Of a stretch of DNA of 64,000 bases, positions 10,808 to 25,984 are shown piece by piece (the stretch's first letter is position 1; every line of letters begins with the position of its first letter). Origin of the DNA: Balanoglossus misakiensis (Eukaryota > Animalia > Hemichordata); the NCBI GenBank assembly GCA_040954595.2, contig CM082577.2, forward strand, positions 3,656,205 to 3,720,204. Reading direction: 5' to 3'. The position numbers and the translations under genes were made by a program. The notes beneath the pieces are model-generated. The model was given only the letters and a program-made list of their open reading frames with translations, was not told where the DNA came from and did no database searches.

Positions 10808-13330
10808 AGATTTACAAGAACTGGGGTCATTACCAAGGGGAGGAGGTCATGCAGAATAATTTAAGCCTAGCAAAGACTTTGACAAACTTGGCAATAATTC
10901 TGTCTGCCGTGAAAGCTGAAGCCAACTTCTGATAATTCTGCGTACGGACAAGCAGCTGGCTCTGATGTCTTTACATTCTTTGATATAGCTTGTCTTTTTA
11001 CGTAAGAATTCATGGAACAAATACATCACCCTCAGAGTAGACCTCGCCCCACACCACCTCATTTTGGTACAGCCTCACTGTTCCTTGCAATGTGGCTGCA
11101 TCTAAATAAGGAGGATAGGGGTTTGGCTCATGCTCAGGTAAACATGCTAACAGTTTCAGAAAATGTAGTAGTAGGTCAACTTTGAGGATGTACAACTTAC
11201 TCTGAAAGGTTTTGTCTCGATCCAAATTATTGCATTGAGGGCTGCTGGAAAACCCCACTTCTGCTTTTCTTGTTTTCATGAATTTTGCACAAAGCTCAAT
11301 CACAAAGAATCAGACAAAATAAAATCTGCAATTCAACTAGCTCACCGATCGCACATCCTCACAACTCATTTAAGTTTGAACCATGGAAACTTTCATGATT
11401 CAAATTAGATGACTTTTAGGATGCTGCAAGAAGCTGTTTTTGAAAAGGCTCAGAAATACTGGTAAAAACTGCGAATATAAATATTGCATCATATCATTTG
11501 TGGTGGTTGGTTTATCCTATTATATAGTACATGTGTTATATAACCAGGGTTTTTCAAGCTAAATGAGTTTATTAAAAGAGGTCCCACACAACAGGGCGAT
11601 TTGACAAGCATTTGATTCTACCCAATGCATTAATATAGCACATCAACCCTCATTTGTGCCTTAGAAACTTTACGACAAGCAAGGTGATAAAATTCACCTT
11701 CAACTGCTGTCAAATCCCAACTACTTGTGCATATATTGTATTGTAATCAGAAATTCCATGTACCAAGATTTAAAAAATTCTTGAATTTTGTACGCAGGAT
11801 TTCAGTTTCCTCAGCATTTATTTCCTTGTATCAGATTCTGTATTAGCATGCTTTAGGTTGCTAATAGTTCTTTACTCCACTGATTCTCGACCATTTAAAT
11901 ATGAAATAATTTTTGTTTGTACAAATTACCAGTGGTTTTTGGGCTGTTTCACCAGGCTCATCATAGCCAAACATGTCAAGTTATTTGCAAAATATGTGAA
12001 ACTCCTGACAATTGATACTGTTCAAATGAAATTTCTGAAATCTTTATAAAGCAGCTGTCAGAGAGTGTAAGTGTCGATTTTTTATATGGTTTTGAACGAG
12101 CTTGGACATGTATTGATTTTTTTCAATCAGGTATATTTATGTGCCATGCTACATCAATAACATTTTTCCACAAGTGGATTATAAGTTTCAATCAATAATT
12201 TTGTGTAAATATGTGTATTCATATTTCTGGATTCGTTAGAGCTAGTGTGACATGAAATGTGTACAGGGCCTGTTCAACGCAGTTGTTTGGTGGAAGAGCC
12301 ACTTTTGATGGCTTCCCTTCCTTGTACATTGACCAACACTTATTGCATAACTACCCTTAGACCAACTTAATCAGGCTGAATACCAGAGAAATGCATTAGT
12401 GGTAATTTTAACTTTGACGCCTTTACTGTGGCAGTACCGTTTTGTAAAATTTGTTACGCTTAATACATCAGCCAACAATCACGCCCCCCCCCCCCCCCCC
12501 ACACCACCAAATTATGTGAATTACTCAAAACAGTTATGATTATACTTATAGGAACCGAGAAGCTATTTTACAAAACAGTAGTGCCACTGGGAGTAATTGA
12601 CCAGCTGGGTGGCTGATGTAAATTTGTATCTCGCTTTGGAAAATAAATTAACAGGATTTTGATTTTGTTTTCCATCTGATTGATCAAGTTGTTGTCTCTT
12701 CTTTCAGTCACAGACCGTGACACCTGAATGGGGTTCATTGTTCATACTGCCAAAGTGATGACAAAGTTATTCATTGTGCACTGTGCAGGAAGTTGTACAA
12801 TGCAGAAAGTATAAGCACGGAAATAGGAAAAGTTTGAATGCAGACTCCCCCCCCCCCCAAAAAAAAAGCATTAGTTAGCTTGTCCATTACGAAGCCATAA
12901 AAACACACGCCTATAGCCTACAGTTTTTACATCCCAAATCTTGTGAACTCTATACTTTCAGCTTGGCATCATGCTGGAATGTTACCAACCATTCAAAAAG
13001 AGCCACACATGAATTCACGTTTATTTGGGAAGAAAACAGCTTTGCTGAGATTGAATGATACGACAAACTACACTACAGAAATATTGCACCAGGTAGACAT
13101 TCACGCACAACTATCCTAGAGTTCCTGAAAATCATATTTGTACAAATTATATGTTTGATTTCATTTCGAAGACTCTTCTATTAAAAATTAAAAGAATGAA
13201 TCTGTTTTATGTACTGTCTTATGGTATGTACACAGTTAAAAAGAAATTACCAACAAAAGCAAGAATTGTGAGTAAGTTCTCTCTTCATTTTGAAAGTTCT
13301 ACCTATTTCAAGTCATGAGTCTGGAAAGAA

Positions 13331-16300
13331 CTATGCCGAGATGTCAAAGAATTTGTCCATCATTTGTTGAATTTGCTCTTCACTGTATTTGATGTACTTC
13401 TCTGGGTTCTTGGTAAACTGAACATTAGCATACCTGCCGAAAAATGGATCGATCACGTTAATCACATGCTGATCACATGTCTGACTTGGAACCAATGAAA
13501 TGCTCCTCTCTGCACAGATGTCAAAGATTTTAAAGATGTTTTGAGGCAGAAAGTCTCATCACACATAAAACACTTACTTTTCTCTGAAGAGTTTGTAAAT
13601 TGGCAGTATGAACTCTTTATTGTCCTTGATCAAGATGAGTCTGAGTTCCGAGTCCGGGATGGCGTATGCTTTCTGGATTCTGTAGATTTCTTCAAATTCA
13701 GTGTTGAAACCCTGGCAGAGACACACAAGACAATAGTGAGTGAACACCATCAGTTTTTCTAGCTATAAATGATGCAAATATTTATCATCAGTTTCAGGCC
13801 TACATGAAACCGTACCTGAAGAGGTACAACTACACATGATAAAAGCAAACTACAAGCGATCCAGTCATTAATGTGATATGAGAGCGACATAACTTTGACC
13901 AAATCTACACTGCCAGGTTTCTGACCTTGAATTTGTCCTTGATATTCTGCCTGTCCTTGTCTTTGAGTTTGGTCCCTCCACTGTCAGGCATACTGGCCCT
14001 CAGAGCTGAGGTCGGTTTCTGGACTTCCAGGATGTGCGTCAACACTTTGCTCCAGCTGTTAGCAACAAGAGATGCGCAAATGACTTTGTAACAGTTTTCT
14101 GATGACATTAACTCAATAAATGCGTGCAGACTTCACAATGATCTTGACTACAATGACTACATGTACAGCTCAACTTAGATGAATTAATGAATAAAGTTGG
14201 CACCTTTTAGAATATTGCCTCTTCTGCTCCAAGATCACGTCTTCGTAGTAACGTCCAACGTTCTTCTGACTTTGCTCTATTAATTTAATCATTCCAGATC
14301 TATGGAGACAATTACAACAGAACACATTTTTTGGGGTCTCGTACAGTTCTTGAAAATTTCCAGTTTTACAGTACATCAGTCTTTGTACAATTATCCAGAC
14401 TATGGCAAGATCGGTGACTGCTGATCTGTTGTGTGGCAGTGACCAAAGGTCTTACCTAAATTCCATTGAGTGCAACCAACCTTGGACAGAACTGCATCAA
14501 AAGATCAAAAGATGCAGCTGGACTAGACCACTGCATTTTAGGGGTGTGATCACTTACCTCTGGAGGGACTTCAAAATGTAATTGTAGTTGTTGAGTAGGA
14601 AAATTGAACCCAAATTTTGATCTCCATAGATTTTGGTTTTCTGGCTGAGGTTGAGTCCCAATGCACCCAAAACTTTAGCTTTAAAAACAAGAGGGAAGAA
14701 AACTTGATTTGCTGTCATACATACAATGTTTCTTTTTGGCAAGACACATTTAATCATGAAATTAAAATGAAGATTATTCGACTGAATCAGACATACCGGT
14801 GTATATAGACACGCTTTTTCTCTTGGAGTCATCGTGAACTTTGGCTGATTCTGTCAAGAAAAAATTGCAGACTTTCATGTAAAAAAATACACGTACATGT
14901 AATTTCAATTTCCCCTAAGCATTTGGGACAAAATTACTTCTATTCTGAGCACAGTTTAGAGTCTTAAACAGACTAACTTTCCGAGAAAAAAAACAGCCAC
15001 GTGTACATTCTTACAGTTGTCTTACCTTTAGCACCTCCACTGCCTGCAGCAAGCATGGCACCAGCTGTCTCCACATATTCCATTAAACTCTCCAGGAAAA
15101 TAATGGCCTGAAAGAAATATTTGCTACATGGCAACATCGTTGATTCTCAAACTCAGAACCACTGCAATATTTTAACCCAATGCTAATTCTATGGCCTGAT
15201 TTTGAATTGTCAATTTCTCCCAAAATACAAATACAACACAGTGTTGCTATGCATATATATATGTACTTACATTACTAGTCAGTTCATGAACTGTGCCATC
15301 TTTGGGTATGTTGGACTGTTTATCTGGATCACTCTGTTGAATAAATATGAAAGCATTTTGTTATGAATACTGTGAATAGTGTGGAAACTAATTGAACTGA
15401 GCATGCTCACAGAGACACTCATACAGACACACAGACTCTCCTAATCTCCCCCCCCCCCTCACATACACTACACATGCCTCAAAGATCACATACCTTAATT
15501 ATTTCAAAGAACTCTTCCAAGCCTTTCGATCCTGTCATTTCCATGCTGGTACAAAGCTGTGGAAGTTTGCCTCTCGTCTTTGGTGCAGTTCCCTGAAAGA
15601 ACGAATGCAAACAAGTGCAAAGGCAGTTAATGACACTTGGCACAATGTCCTCAATGGTGTAACTGGACCTACATACAGGAAAATAGGGATGTTAGGGTTT
15701 ATACAGGCTTCACCTACCTGTAAGGTTTCGTCAAATTCTGGTTTGATGGACTGGAGATGTTTCAGTATTGGCAGTAATGGCAACACAGCTGAGTAGTCGT
15801 GTTTCATAATACTCTTCTTGACCGACTGTACAATTCCCTGCGGACAAAATTGAAGCAGACATAAACTATTAATGGTTATTCAAGTCCATGTGCGTACATC
15901 CATCTATTGGGCAAGCAGGTGAGTCTTTGCATATAGAATCTGAGTCCCATACATGGTCATATTGTGTGTCTAACCATATGATACCTCCCAACCCTATACT
16001 TAACCCCTTCACCACTATGGTCCAGTCCAAACCCATTGTTTTCTATGGTAAGGTTGGACCTCTAAAGAGGGAACTGGGTGTGAAAGGGTTAACCCAACCA
16101 CCGACTAAGTGCCTGGCTTACCTCACCATCCTGTATGATGTAATCAAACCCCGGTTGTATAAGAACATCAAATATCTTTCTCTGGTGCTGTTCTGGAATG
16201 ACCCCTGTCATCAGCTGTGCTTCACTCTGCAAAAATACGCAAGGACACAGTGATTGTTAAAAGTCGCTACAATTATCTGAATGTCAATTGTGGCTGAAGA

Positions 16301-19300
16301 TGACTGAGCTTGCCATGATGACCTATGACATCTGCACTTCATGATTATATCATCAGTTGAAGATCAGTTCAAAGCCTTGTTGATAGATTATGCATCCAGT
16401 GCAGATGTTCACACAATACAGATGAAGAAATTTTGTTTACCGAGTGTATGTGCATGTGTGTATTTTTAAAATTCTCTATGGTTCTGTATAATGATGTAAA
16501 ATGAGTAGAATGGAAACTCTCACCGACCTGCATTAGTTTCAACAAGGCAGTGACACACGTAATGAACGCATCATATTCTACTTCAGCCACCTCTTCATAT
16601 TTCATATCTGGCGTCATGGGAGACGGGCGACGATAGCCTGAAATTGAGAAATTCAACCTGAATGAATTGCAGGGCAACAGTATCTTAAGCTACAAAGATG
16701 TCTATTCTCATTGGTTAGAGGATGAAGTGACAAAGGAATTACTGACCAATCAAAAACCACACTTGCCTCCTTCCTCTCCATTAAGAAAAATAAAATCCAG
16801 TCACACAGTCTGCAGGAGACAAAATTGATGTGACAATTCTACTTACCCACATCCAGTTTTGGGAGAGTTGCTGTCTTCTTCTGATATCTGGGGAATCAAA
16901 GGAAAACATTTCTGTACTCTGTCTGAAATCGGAACTTTGTATAGCAACCAACCGGTGCCCTAACAGCCAATTGCCAGCATGCTTTTAGCTTCATTTAACA
17001 TGATTATAGAAATGTCTAGAAAGTCTCATATTTACTGAAAACTGCAGTAAACATACATATGACATGACAGCAGAAACAAAACTACTTACTGAGCTCTCTT
17101 TAATGCAGCTCTCTTCGGCGTATCTTTCACACCCAGCTTGAGTTTTCCACTGCCCTGTACAATAAAAAAAAATATTGACCGTGAAATCTACCATTGCAAA
17201 TCTCACAGACGTGGTACGTTCACTATCACAGATCACAACTATTCATAAATTCATCATCTTACCGGTGCAGGGGAGTACGGCGCTCCTGTAGAACCAGAAG
17301 ACTTCTTGTGGAGGTGGTCCTTGAGTCCTTCTAGGGACCGCAGCAGAACATTGGACCTGATCTGGTGGTACACGTTCATGAAATCTAAACTGGCCCGGCC
17401 CATCAACCACTTGGCTATCTCTGCCAACTCCTCCATGGTTCTCTCTGAGAGAAAGGATGATGCAGCAATGAGTCAGTAACCATGACAGCATTCCAGAACT
17501 GCTTCATGAAGTGAATATACAATGAACATCAATTACACTTACACAAGAAATACAGCACATCACCAGACAAAATGCAGTTTCTACCACAGCATTACAACAA
17601 CAGAAATTACAAGACTAGAAAAAGATGTGACAAATCCACTCAAGCAAGAATACAGTTGGTGCAACTTGATGCATTCAGAATCAGTGACAGTAAAACAAGA
17701 CTCAACCGTCCCACCCCCATTTCTACATATACTGATCCGTCTACGTCACTGGAAGAAATCAGGACTGGAACAATACAGTAGAAGGAGGAGGGGGTGAGTG
17801 GGTCAAGATAGGAACACACCATTTAATGCACAGATAACTAACCTGGCAATTGCTCTAGAGGTATGTCATCTCCCGCTAGCTCTGAGAGAAAGAAAGCATT
17901 TTTTTTCTTTTACAAAAATAAATAATAAAACTCATGCAGTGTGCGGAAGACACCTCAACCCCAAAAATAAACATGAGAAGATTTGCTTCAACAAGGCAGG
18001 GTGCATTGAAACCATACTGTAACACAGTAATGTATATGTTGAAATGTTTCGGATGCAGTGTGCTTATAACCAGCACAGGCCCTTGCACATACCGTAACAG
18101 CATAACAGCTTACCTTCATCTGTACCGATCATATCGAGTATCATTACAGGAGGTACAGGTTTGCTGTGTCTCGTCAGCAATGTGCGGAATTCTCTCTCCA
18201 ACCCTTCTCTGCCCGACTCAAATAAAGATTTCTGTCACATGCAAAACAAGACAATTCTCAACAGAGTGTGTCAATGCATCAATGGGGTGTCTCTACAAAA
18301 ATAAACTACCGGTATACAGAGACAAACATCATTTTTCAAGAGGTTCCCAAATCCAACGATATAGCATACTGCTGTTCAGAAATGACCAAGCACAACTAGA
18401 TTTTCAGTATAAACTTACTGCTGTGTGTAACTCTGGACTCCCAGGGTTATTTTCAGTGAAAAACTCTACCGCGTTCTCTATTTTGCCCATACACTCCAAA
18501 TATTTCTCAATATTTCCACTTGGCCTGTGAATGAAACCCACAGTGATTCAGAAACAGAAATACTGAAATGGTTATTGATTCACAATTCAACTACAAATAA
18601 TGTGGTCCAATATTTATCACTAATGGATATTTCATAAATTTGTATAAAATACCAAACAAATTTTCAGCTGTACTGAAATATACAGGAAAGTGTTATAGCA
18701 TTTTTTGGTCGTAGCTTGGCAAGGATGATGATTTCCTTGCACATACATGTATGTATGCTCATTGGCTCCAGATTTTCATCCACTGGTATAACACAAAGCA
18801 ATGGCAAGAAGCAGACTTACCCTTCTTGTATTGTTCCTTCTACTTCTCTGGCGACATCGTAATAACATATCACATGATCAAATGCCCCAAGGGTTTTCTC
18901 AATATCTGGTGTTCATAGTCAAGGTTATTGTCATGAAATATTAATACATAACAGTATCTCACAGCAAGCGGCACTGACAACAGACTTGCCCTGTTGTCTT
19001 CGTGATGGCCAGTCTATGTGTACAGTGTACTTGGCCTAGGCACAACAAAGGATACTCTCTTGGAGTTGCTGTAAGCTGATAGTTTCTTTGTGTACGGGTT
19101 TGATGGTAGCTTCTAATTTGTGAAGACGGTTTTCAAATGAGCTCAGTATAGACACCTGAAAAGGAGATATGCAATCTTCTTATACATATACGTATAAAAA
19201 ATAGGTTGGAAAAAAATGTTTTCTAATTAGTTATTTTACTTGTGTGCATCTAGGAGGCATCCCAAGTAGTAAGTAAAGCGGTGTCCACTATAAATTAGAC

Positions 19301-19909
19301 AATGAAGAAATTCTGTTAACTTTACCATCAATATCATAATATGTTGATGATATATATGACTCACCATATTATTTGTCAACTGGTCACTTTTATTCAGGCT
19401 ATCTCTCAACTGATGCAAGTTGCTGGATTCCTGGCAAAACAAAAGTTGTGCACATAACCATCACTTACATGTACAAATTTCAGTCTGAAGTATTCCACGA
19501 AAAAGACTACATCAATATTGATTTACTAGGGTTGAGCATCTTACATCTATCAACCATAATTATTATATTTGAATGTGAAAGGGCTACAAACAGAGATAAT
19601 GCCCAAGATCTTTATAAAACGTAAACATTTCCGACCAACATGCCCCGCCCACTTTCAGATGAGCTATCCATTCCTCGTAATAATTATTTTGTTCAAGGAT
19701 CTGATTGTCTTACGGGAGTGTGGCATAAAATATCACTGCTATGTTATTTTGGGTATTGAAAAAAATACCACTGCCAATGTTTCATCCTTCATCACTCAAA
19801 AGTCAGCTTTCCTCAACCAACGAATTTTCTACTTCCGGTAAAATGTCAACACACTCACCTGACGAAGCTTTTCGTCTATTTCTCGCCTACTGATCACTTT
19901 CCCTTCCAT
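13331..19909 (-). CDS. EXOC7: Exocyst complex component 7 (Exo70), about 21 exons
   Basis: Spliced exons read MEGKVISRREIDEKLRQ, DFMNVYHQIRSNVLLRSLEGLK, PKDGTVHELTSN, IFLLNNYNYILKSL, KDKDRQNIKDKFKGFN and FTKNPEKYIKY...FFDISA*. Confidence 0.95.
16000..16092. mobile_element. 85-bp piggyBac-like MITE (copy 1, EXOC7 intron)
   Basis: TTAA|CCCCTTCAC...GTGAAAGGG|TTAA. It is homologous to the reverse complement of 35830-35922. Confidence 0.75.
18906..19055 (-). other. U12-type (minor spliceosome) GT-AG intron in EXOC7
   Basis: 5' splice site GTATCCTTT. Branch-site-like CCTTGAC (18924-18918) lies about 12 nt before the 3' splice site, with no polypyrimidine tract. Splicing restores the frame LQE|NIEKTL. 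Confidence 0.8.
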
Positions 19910-20443
19910 TGTGACACGACCAGTGGTTAAGTAACTCTACAGTCTACGAGCGTCCACGGGAAATGCGGGAACTTTGGTGACAGAAATGTTCAAAATCAAA
20001 CTTGATCACATCGTGTCGTCGTTGCTCGAGACGAACAAGTCCTTGTCTGCTGTAATCGTTTGTTTGGTATTCATTACTCCAGTATATAATGGCACTTCAA
20101 GGATCGTCTCCCACTTTATTTGCTTACGACAGCGTAGACTGGCAAACGTTCGTAAGACCAGTAATCATATGAGACAAATGCTCTTGAATGTTCACAAAAA
20201 TTACAAATTACCACATTTTAGTCTTTATCCAGGCTTGTGCGAGGTTGACTTTGTGGTCTCTTGTGGGCATTTTATCAATATGGCCCTCTAGGGAAGATTC
20301 TATCGCATGCCTTCGTTTTCATAAAATCAAATTCAAACACTGTCCTAGCGTATTCTTTATTACCAAAATTTAATAAGCATTAAAATTTGATTTCAGATGT
20401 CGTGTCTGTATGTCGTTTGCTGTAGAAGCGTGGAGGGGCTTCA

Positions 20444-22890
20444 TCAGACGCCAGCTGACACGATGCCTCCATCTATGGGCAGACATACTCCGTGAATCAT
20501 GGCCGCTTTGTCACTCAGAAGATAGACTATCGTATTCACTACATCGTCAATCTCTGAAAATAATTCAAATGATAACGGAATTTAAGCTGTGTCAATTTAA
20601 TATGGTGTAACAGTCAATGAACTAGTCACCCTCGATGACGAAAAGCGCAAAGCATCAGAATAACTTTCTATTTACACTTGTTTTCGCAGACAAACGCTGT
20701 ATGTGTTTTTCCTAACAATGGCATCAGGTTTGCCAAGAATCACCGACGGAGAATGGTGCTTGGATAGAATATGTTACTGGCAACTCACCAGCAAATCTTC
20801 CGAGAGGAATTCTCTTCATCATAGGGCCGCCCTTCGCCGGATCTGCCCAACATTTCTTGCCGAGCTCTGTCAATACAACTGTTGGGTTGACCGCATTCAC
20901 CCGAATCTGGAAGGATCACGCATATGTTCTTTAGAACGCTCAAATACGCCATTTCAGCCATATGGAGGTGATGTATACCTTTAACGTCGTGTCCGCAGGA
21001 CGTTTTATACGTAACGCGGACGCGCATTTTAGTATCACACGGTCTTGGAGCAAGACTAACATTTACATATGTAACACATCACAGGAGAGCAACACTAATA
21101 TTGTAGATTTAACAATTGGTTACAGATTTTGACCGCTTCTTTTATATTGGCTGAAAGCAACTTACTTTATGAGGACCCAGCTCCATGGCCATCGTTCTTG
21201 TTAAAGAATCAACGCCCCCCTTACTGGCAGCTTCGCAGAGAAAAGCAAGAAATAGCTATTGTTAAATGATATCCACTGAAGAAAGTAAGGTAAAAGTAGG
21301 AATGTTACTGGAGAAAAATGACCCTGAATTGTAGCGAGTAGCGACAGACCAGTGGTCAAAAAATCTTGTGTGACTAAAATCTCAAAGTATCTCAAAGCAT
21401 TAAATTTGCATCAATGTTTCGCAACAGAGTGGTTTGGAGCCCCTTTGCTAACTTACAATAAACGCAGTGGTTATTTAGGCCTATAAGCGATGCTTGACTA
21501 GAAACGTTCACTATAGCTCCACCAGAACCTCTTGCCACCATTGTACGGGCTACAATCTGAAACACAGAGAGAAAAAAGACAACATACTTACATATGGTCC
21601 ACACAGGAAATTCGGCGTAGATACAGAAGAAACATATTGCCTGCGTATTTTGCCTACACCACGGTTACTGCATTCCCACCTCAAAGATGCCTATATACCT
21701 ATTAGGTGTATCCCATTTCTGTCAAACTTTCCAGTGAGTGTATTTATTCTAACTAACCTACCTGAGATACTTGAATACAGGACCGTAGATTTGTGTTAAT
21801 TGTTCTGTAATAGAAAATTATCAAACCTTTGCTATGTACATGTATATACCTATAGTATTTTAAAGGTACGGCTCTTTACGCATAAAAACAAGTTTCCAAC
21901 ATTCTTGTATTCCTCGATATTTATTAAACAAAAGCTATAACTCTTCCAACTATCATACCATGATGGTATTCTTACTGTTCAAAAACATCCTTTGTCACGT
22001 CAAGAAGTGGCTGGAGTATCCCGATACCAGCGTTGTTGACTAGCAGATCAACAGGACCAATAGACTCTATGGCCTTCTGTGTTTCATCCCAGTCACAGAG
22101 ATCCACGGCTATGGTGTGGATCTCGGGTACCTTTTGAATAAAAAAAAAACGAAACGTATATGAGAATGATATAAATAGTCTGACACACTTGTGTGATCCC
22201 TTACCAATTAGAAAAGAGACTGCTTAAAAAAATAATTAAATGCACATCACCTCTTGTTTTAAGGTATCCAGGTGTGATTGAGTTCGGCTCACTGCATACG
22301 TTGTAGCACCACACTTGACCAGTAATTTGGCTAGATCACGACCAATGCCTGCAATGATTCTCAGAGAATGAGATGAGACAAGCAGACTGTTCAGGCCAGC
22401 AGTCACGTATATGTGTCTACAGCACTGTTAACCTATAGAGCTAGGCCATCACAACACTTTACAGTGGTCACAACATTGTACATAGCCCCTGTCACAGTAA
22501 TGGGACGTCTTTGCCGACACTATGCCAACACATGACCCGCACCACGGGGCTGTATCAAGGTCTGCAATACAGGGCGCATTGTTTTTTGTCTGTTTTTCCA
22601 TGTGTTTTATAACGCAGGCCAGCAAAGCTGTGTTTAAAAAACTGGTGATCATTGAATGTGCATCTGAAAATAGACCAGGCAATTCTGTATCGGTGGCACT
22701 TTTCTCAAGGTCACATAAGGTCGCATAAGGTCCAATGCACATAATAGCTTTTGAGTTATGTTAACAGTTGAAGAGCTTGAAAATGCTCTTTTATTATATG
22801 TCTATGTGCTCACCAACCGCGTATACAAATGTACCTACCTTGTCCAGCTCCTGTTACAACAGCTGTTTTTCCATCAAATCGTACCGCCAT
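20444..22890 (-). CDS. DCXR: L-xylulose/dicarbonyl reductase (SDR), paralog A, 8 exons
   Basis: [64 protein letters not shown] and LPIDGG. Confidence 0.9.
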
Positions 22891-23641
22891 CGTATGGCTT
22901 GTGATATGAGTACTGTATATTAAAAATAGCGTTTGCCATGTTTAATATGTATTGAGGGCACACTATTGCGTAGTCCGATACTCAAATCATAATCATTCTG
23001 GTTGGAGGAAACCAGCATACCTTCTCCAAATAGCTGTGTTTCCACAGCTATGGGAATTTTGGTAACTGCACCCGGCCGAATTACTGCATAAACTCCTGTT
23101 CCTGAGACTTTCACTGAGACAAATCTAATATGGAGAATTTATTCCGAGAATGTGTCTTTTCTGTCATACAGTTTCTAGATCTGTTGATACAGGGAGTCCG
23201 ATTGTGCTATATGGTGAACTTTGAAAACAGCAGTATTACTTTAACTTGAGGAAACGTTGCACGATTCTGGACGCGTTATATAAAAAAATTATATTACAAT
23301 GAAGAGTCAGAGAGTCGACAGCACCAGAACAGACGTCGGTTATCGAACGGACTGATACTTGATTTTTCTGATGGCGACACTCGACCTAGATGCGGGGTTT
23401 ATAGCCCACTTTTCGATTTGGTCATTCTAAATCCTGTGTGCCGCACGAGGCACCCGGCCCCCAGCCCCTGCCCCAGGAAGCATCATCGACCACATAACAG
23501 GGCGCCCTCTACACGTCTGGGATCGAAGAGCGCAGAGTACAGTACAGTGCAAGTCTGGGACTGGTAGAGAGTAGTGTGTCGTATTGTCAAATTGTCCACA
23601 CCGAAGTTCAGTTGTCTGTGTCGAGGTACATCAGATAGACG

Positions 23642-25725
23642 ATGGAAATACGATTCGATGGAAAGGTAGCCCTCGTAACAGGTGCCGGAAGAGGTGCGTA
23701 CGGCGAGAGGGGGGGGGGGGGCGTGTCCATGGCTGGCTGTCTATTTCACCGACACTTTCTCGACAGTTGCTACAGCTGTGCTGTGGATTGAGATGCAGCT
23801 TTGGTAAATTGGGCGATCACCGCCATCCATCAAGCCACGGAGGTACCCAGTCACTGTCAGGGGTTGGTGGTGGAGGGGGGGGGGTAGTGTACGTCTGCCC
23901 AGACAGACACTATATTATACACGGCGTACCCGAGCAGTGTTATATCATGTATATTATTGACACCTGATTATTACATTCCCCGATCGTTACAGGCATTGGT
24001 CGTGATCTAGCCAAATTATTGGTGAAGTGTGGTGCTACAACATATGCAGTGAGCCGAACTCAGTCACACCTGGATACCTTAAAACAAGAGGTGAGGTGCA
24101 TTTGTTTATAAAGTATTGACCTTTGTCTCTTAATTTGATGGGAATTAAGATATTACCGGTATATCATTCTCATTTACGTTTCTCTTATTCAAAAGGTACC
24201 CGAGATCCACACCATAGCTGCAGATCTCGCTGACTGGGATGAAACACAGAAGGCCATAGAGTCTATTGGTCCCGTTGATCTGCTGGTCAATAATGCTGGC
24301 ATCAACATATTGCAGCCGCTTCTTGAAGTGACAAAAGATGCATTTGAACAGTAAGAACAACATCCTGTTGGCACTTTGAAGAATCATGTTTTTGTTCAAG
24401 ACAAGCGAGTCCTACTAAAAAGTCCACTATCTGTAACTTTTGCCTATACTTGTATTTTAACAGTTTTTGGTTATGTTTCTTTCGCTCCTACAGAATAATT
24501 AACATCAATCTAAGGTCCTATCTACAAGTATCACAGGTACGACAGTTAACATTTTGCAATATTGTATGACGAAGCTATACATGCACGTTCCAAAAATAAC
24601 ATTCTGAGGCCAACACTGTTTTTGGTGACAACTCCCTTACTGTTCAAAACGTGCAGCATATGAAAGTAAGAGTAAATTTGCTTTGTGTTTTTCTTTTGTG
24701 TGTTTCAGATTGTAGCTCGCACCATGGTAGCTAGGGGAACTGGTGGAGCTATTGTACACGTCTCTAGTCAAGCATCTCTTATTGGCACAAATCTGCATAG
24801 CGTTTATTGTAAGTTTGCAAAGGGTCTCTAGTACCCCCTAGACTGGTGTGAAAACTGACGCATATACAGTAACACGTACAGCAAACCATGACTGAAATTT
24901 CATGAAAGGAAATTTGGCAGTAGTTATTTTCATTGCAAATGCAGTCTAACCAGGGAGTCTGGTTTGTGTGAAATTGCAACGAAGTTGAAATTTTGCTTTA
25001 AGGTTTTTGACCACTGTCACTTCTAGCAACAATCCAATATCCCAACTTACATCATTTCTTCAGTAGATATCATTGACAACAATCATTATTTCTTTTTCAT
25101 GTGAAGCTGCTAGTAAAGGAGGCATCGATTCATTAACAAAAACAATGGCTCTGGAGCTGGGTCCTCATAAAGTAAGTTGCTTTCCATTGTGTAATGTTTA
25201 GACCAAAATTGAAAAGTGGAAAAAATGGCTTGATTTCATTTGACAATTGTGATATTGACCTATGCATTCATATTACACAATGTTTTATTTTTCAGATTCG
25301 GGTAAATACAGTCAATCCCACAGTCACTATGACTGAGCTGGGCAAGAGAGACTGGTCAGATCCAGTCAAGGGCGGCCCTATGTTGAAAAGAATTCCTCTC
25401 GGAAAATTTGCTGGTGAGTTGCCAGTAACAGATTTTATCAACACACTATCAACATTCTTGGGAAAGGAGTGTCAAGCCATTGTTAAAAATCTTGTTTGGG
25501 ACAGTAATTTTCACTATCTATGTAGAGCTGATAAATTCTAATCTGACTTGAATCTAATCAAGCACAAAGTTTAAAAATTAAAACTGATTTTCTTTCTCAT
25601 TTGGATTATTTTCAGAGGTTGAAGATGTAGTGAATACAATAGTTTATCTTCTGAGTGACAAAGCGGCCATGATTCACGGAGTATGTCTGCCCATAGATGG
25701 AGGTCTCCTGTCAGCTGGGGTCTGA
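23642..25725 (+). CDS. DCXR: L-xylulose/dicarbonyl reductase (SDR), paralog B, 8 exons
   Basis: [34 protein letters not shown] and [23 protein letters not shown]. Intron positions are the same as in paralog A. Confidence 0.9.
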
Positions 25726-25984
25726 TCAAGACCTTTAGCAATACAAATGTAGTTTGTAGTAAAATTGTTCTGTCTTATTAAATCTGTAGAGTTACGAAAA
25801 TGAAGTTTTAGAGTTTAATTTGTACAAAAATAATGTTAGCGCTCATATATTTCAGTAGCTTCACTCAAAATGTTGTTTTCAGACCCTGCTTAAAGACAAT
25901 GAATATCATGTACAATACAGGCTATTTTACGGAAATCTCAGAGATGATAGCTCGAATGCATTTTCCAGTCTCTGGTATTTCAAC

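Noticed and set aside
17934-18530. 198-aa plus-strand ORF and the many other short ORFs in the track
   Set aside because: They are antisense or intronic shadows of the spliced genes, with no recognisable motifs.
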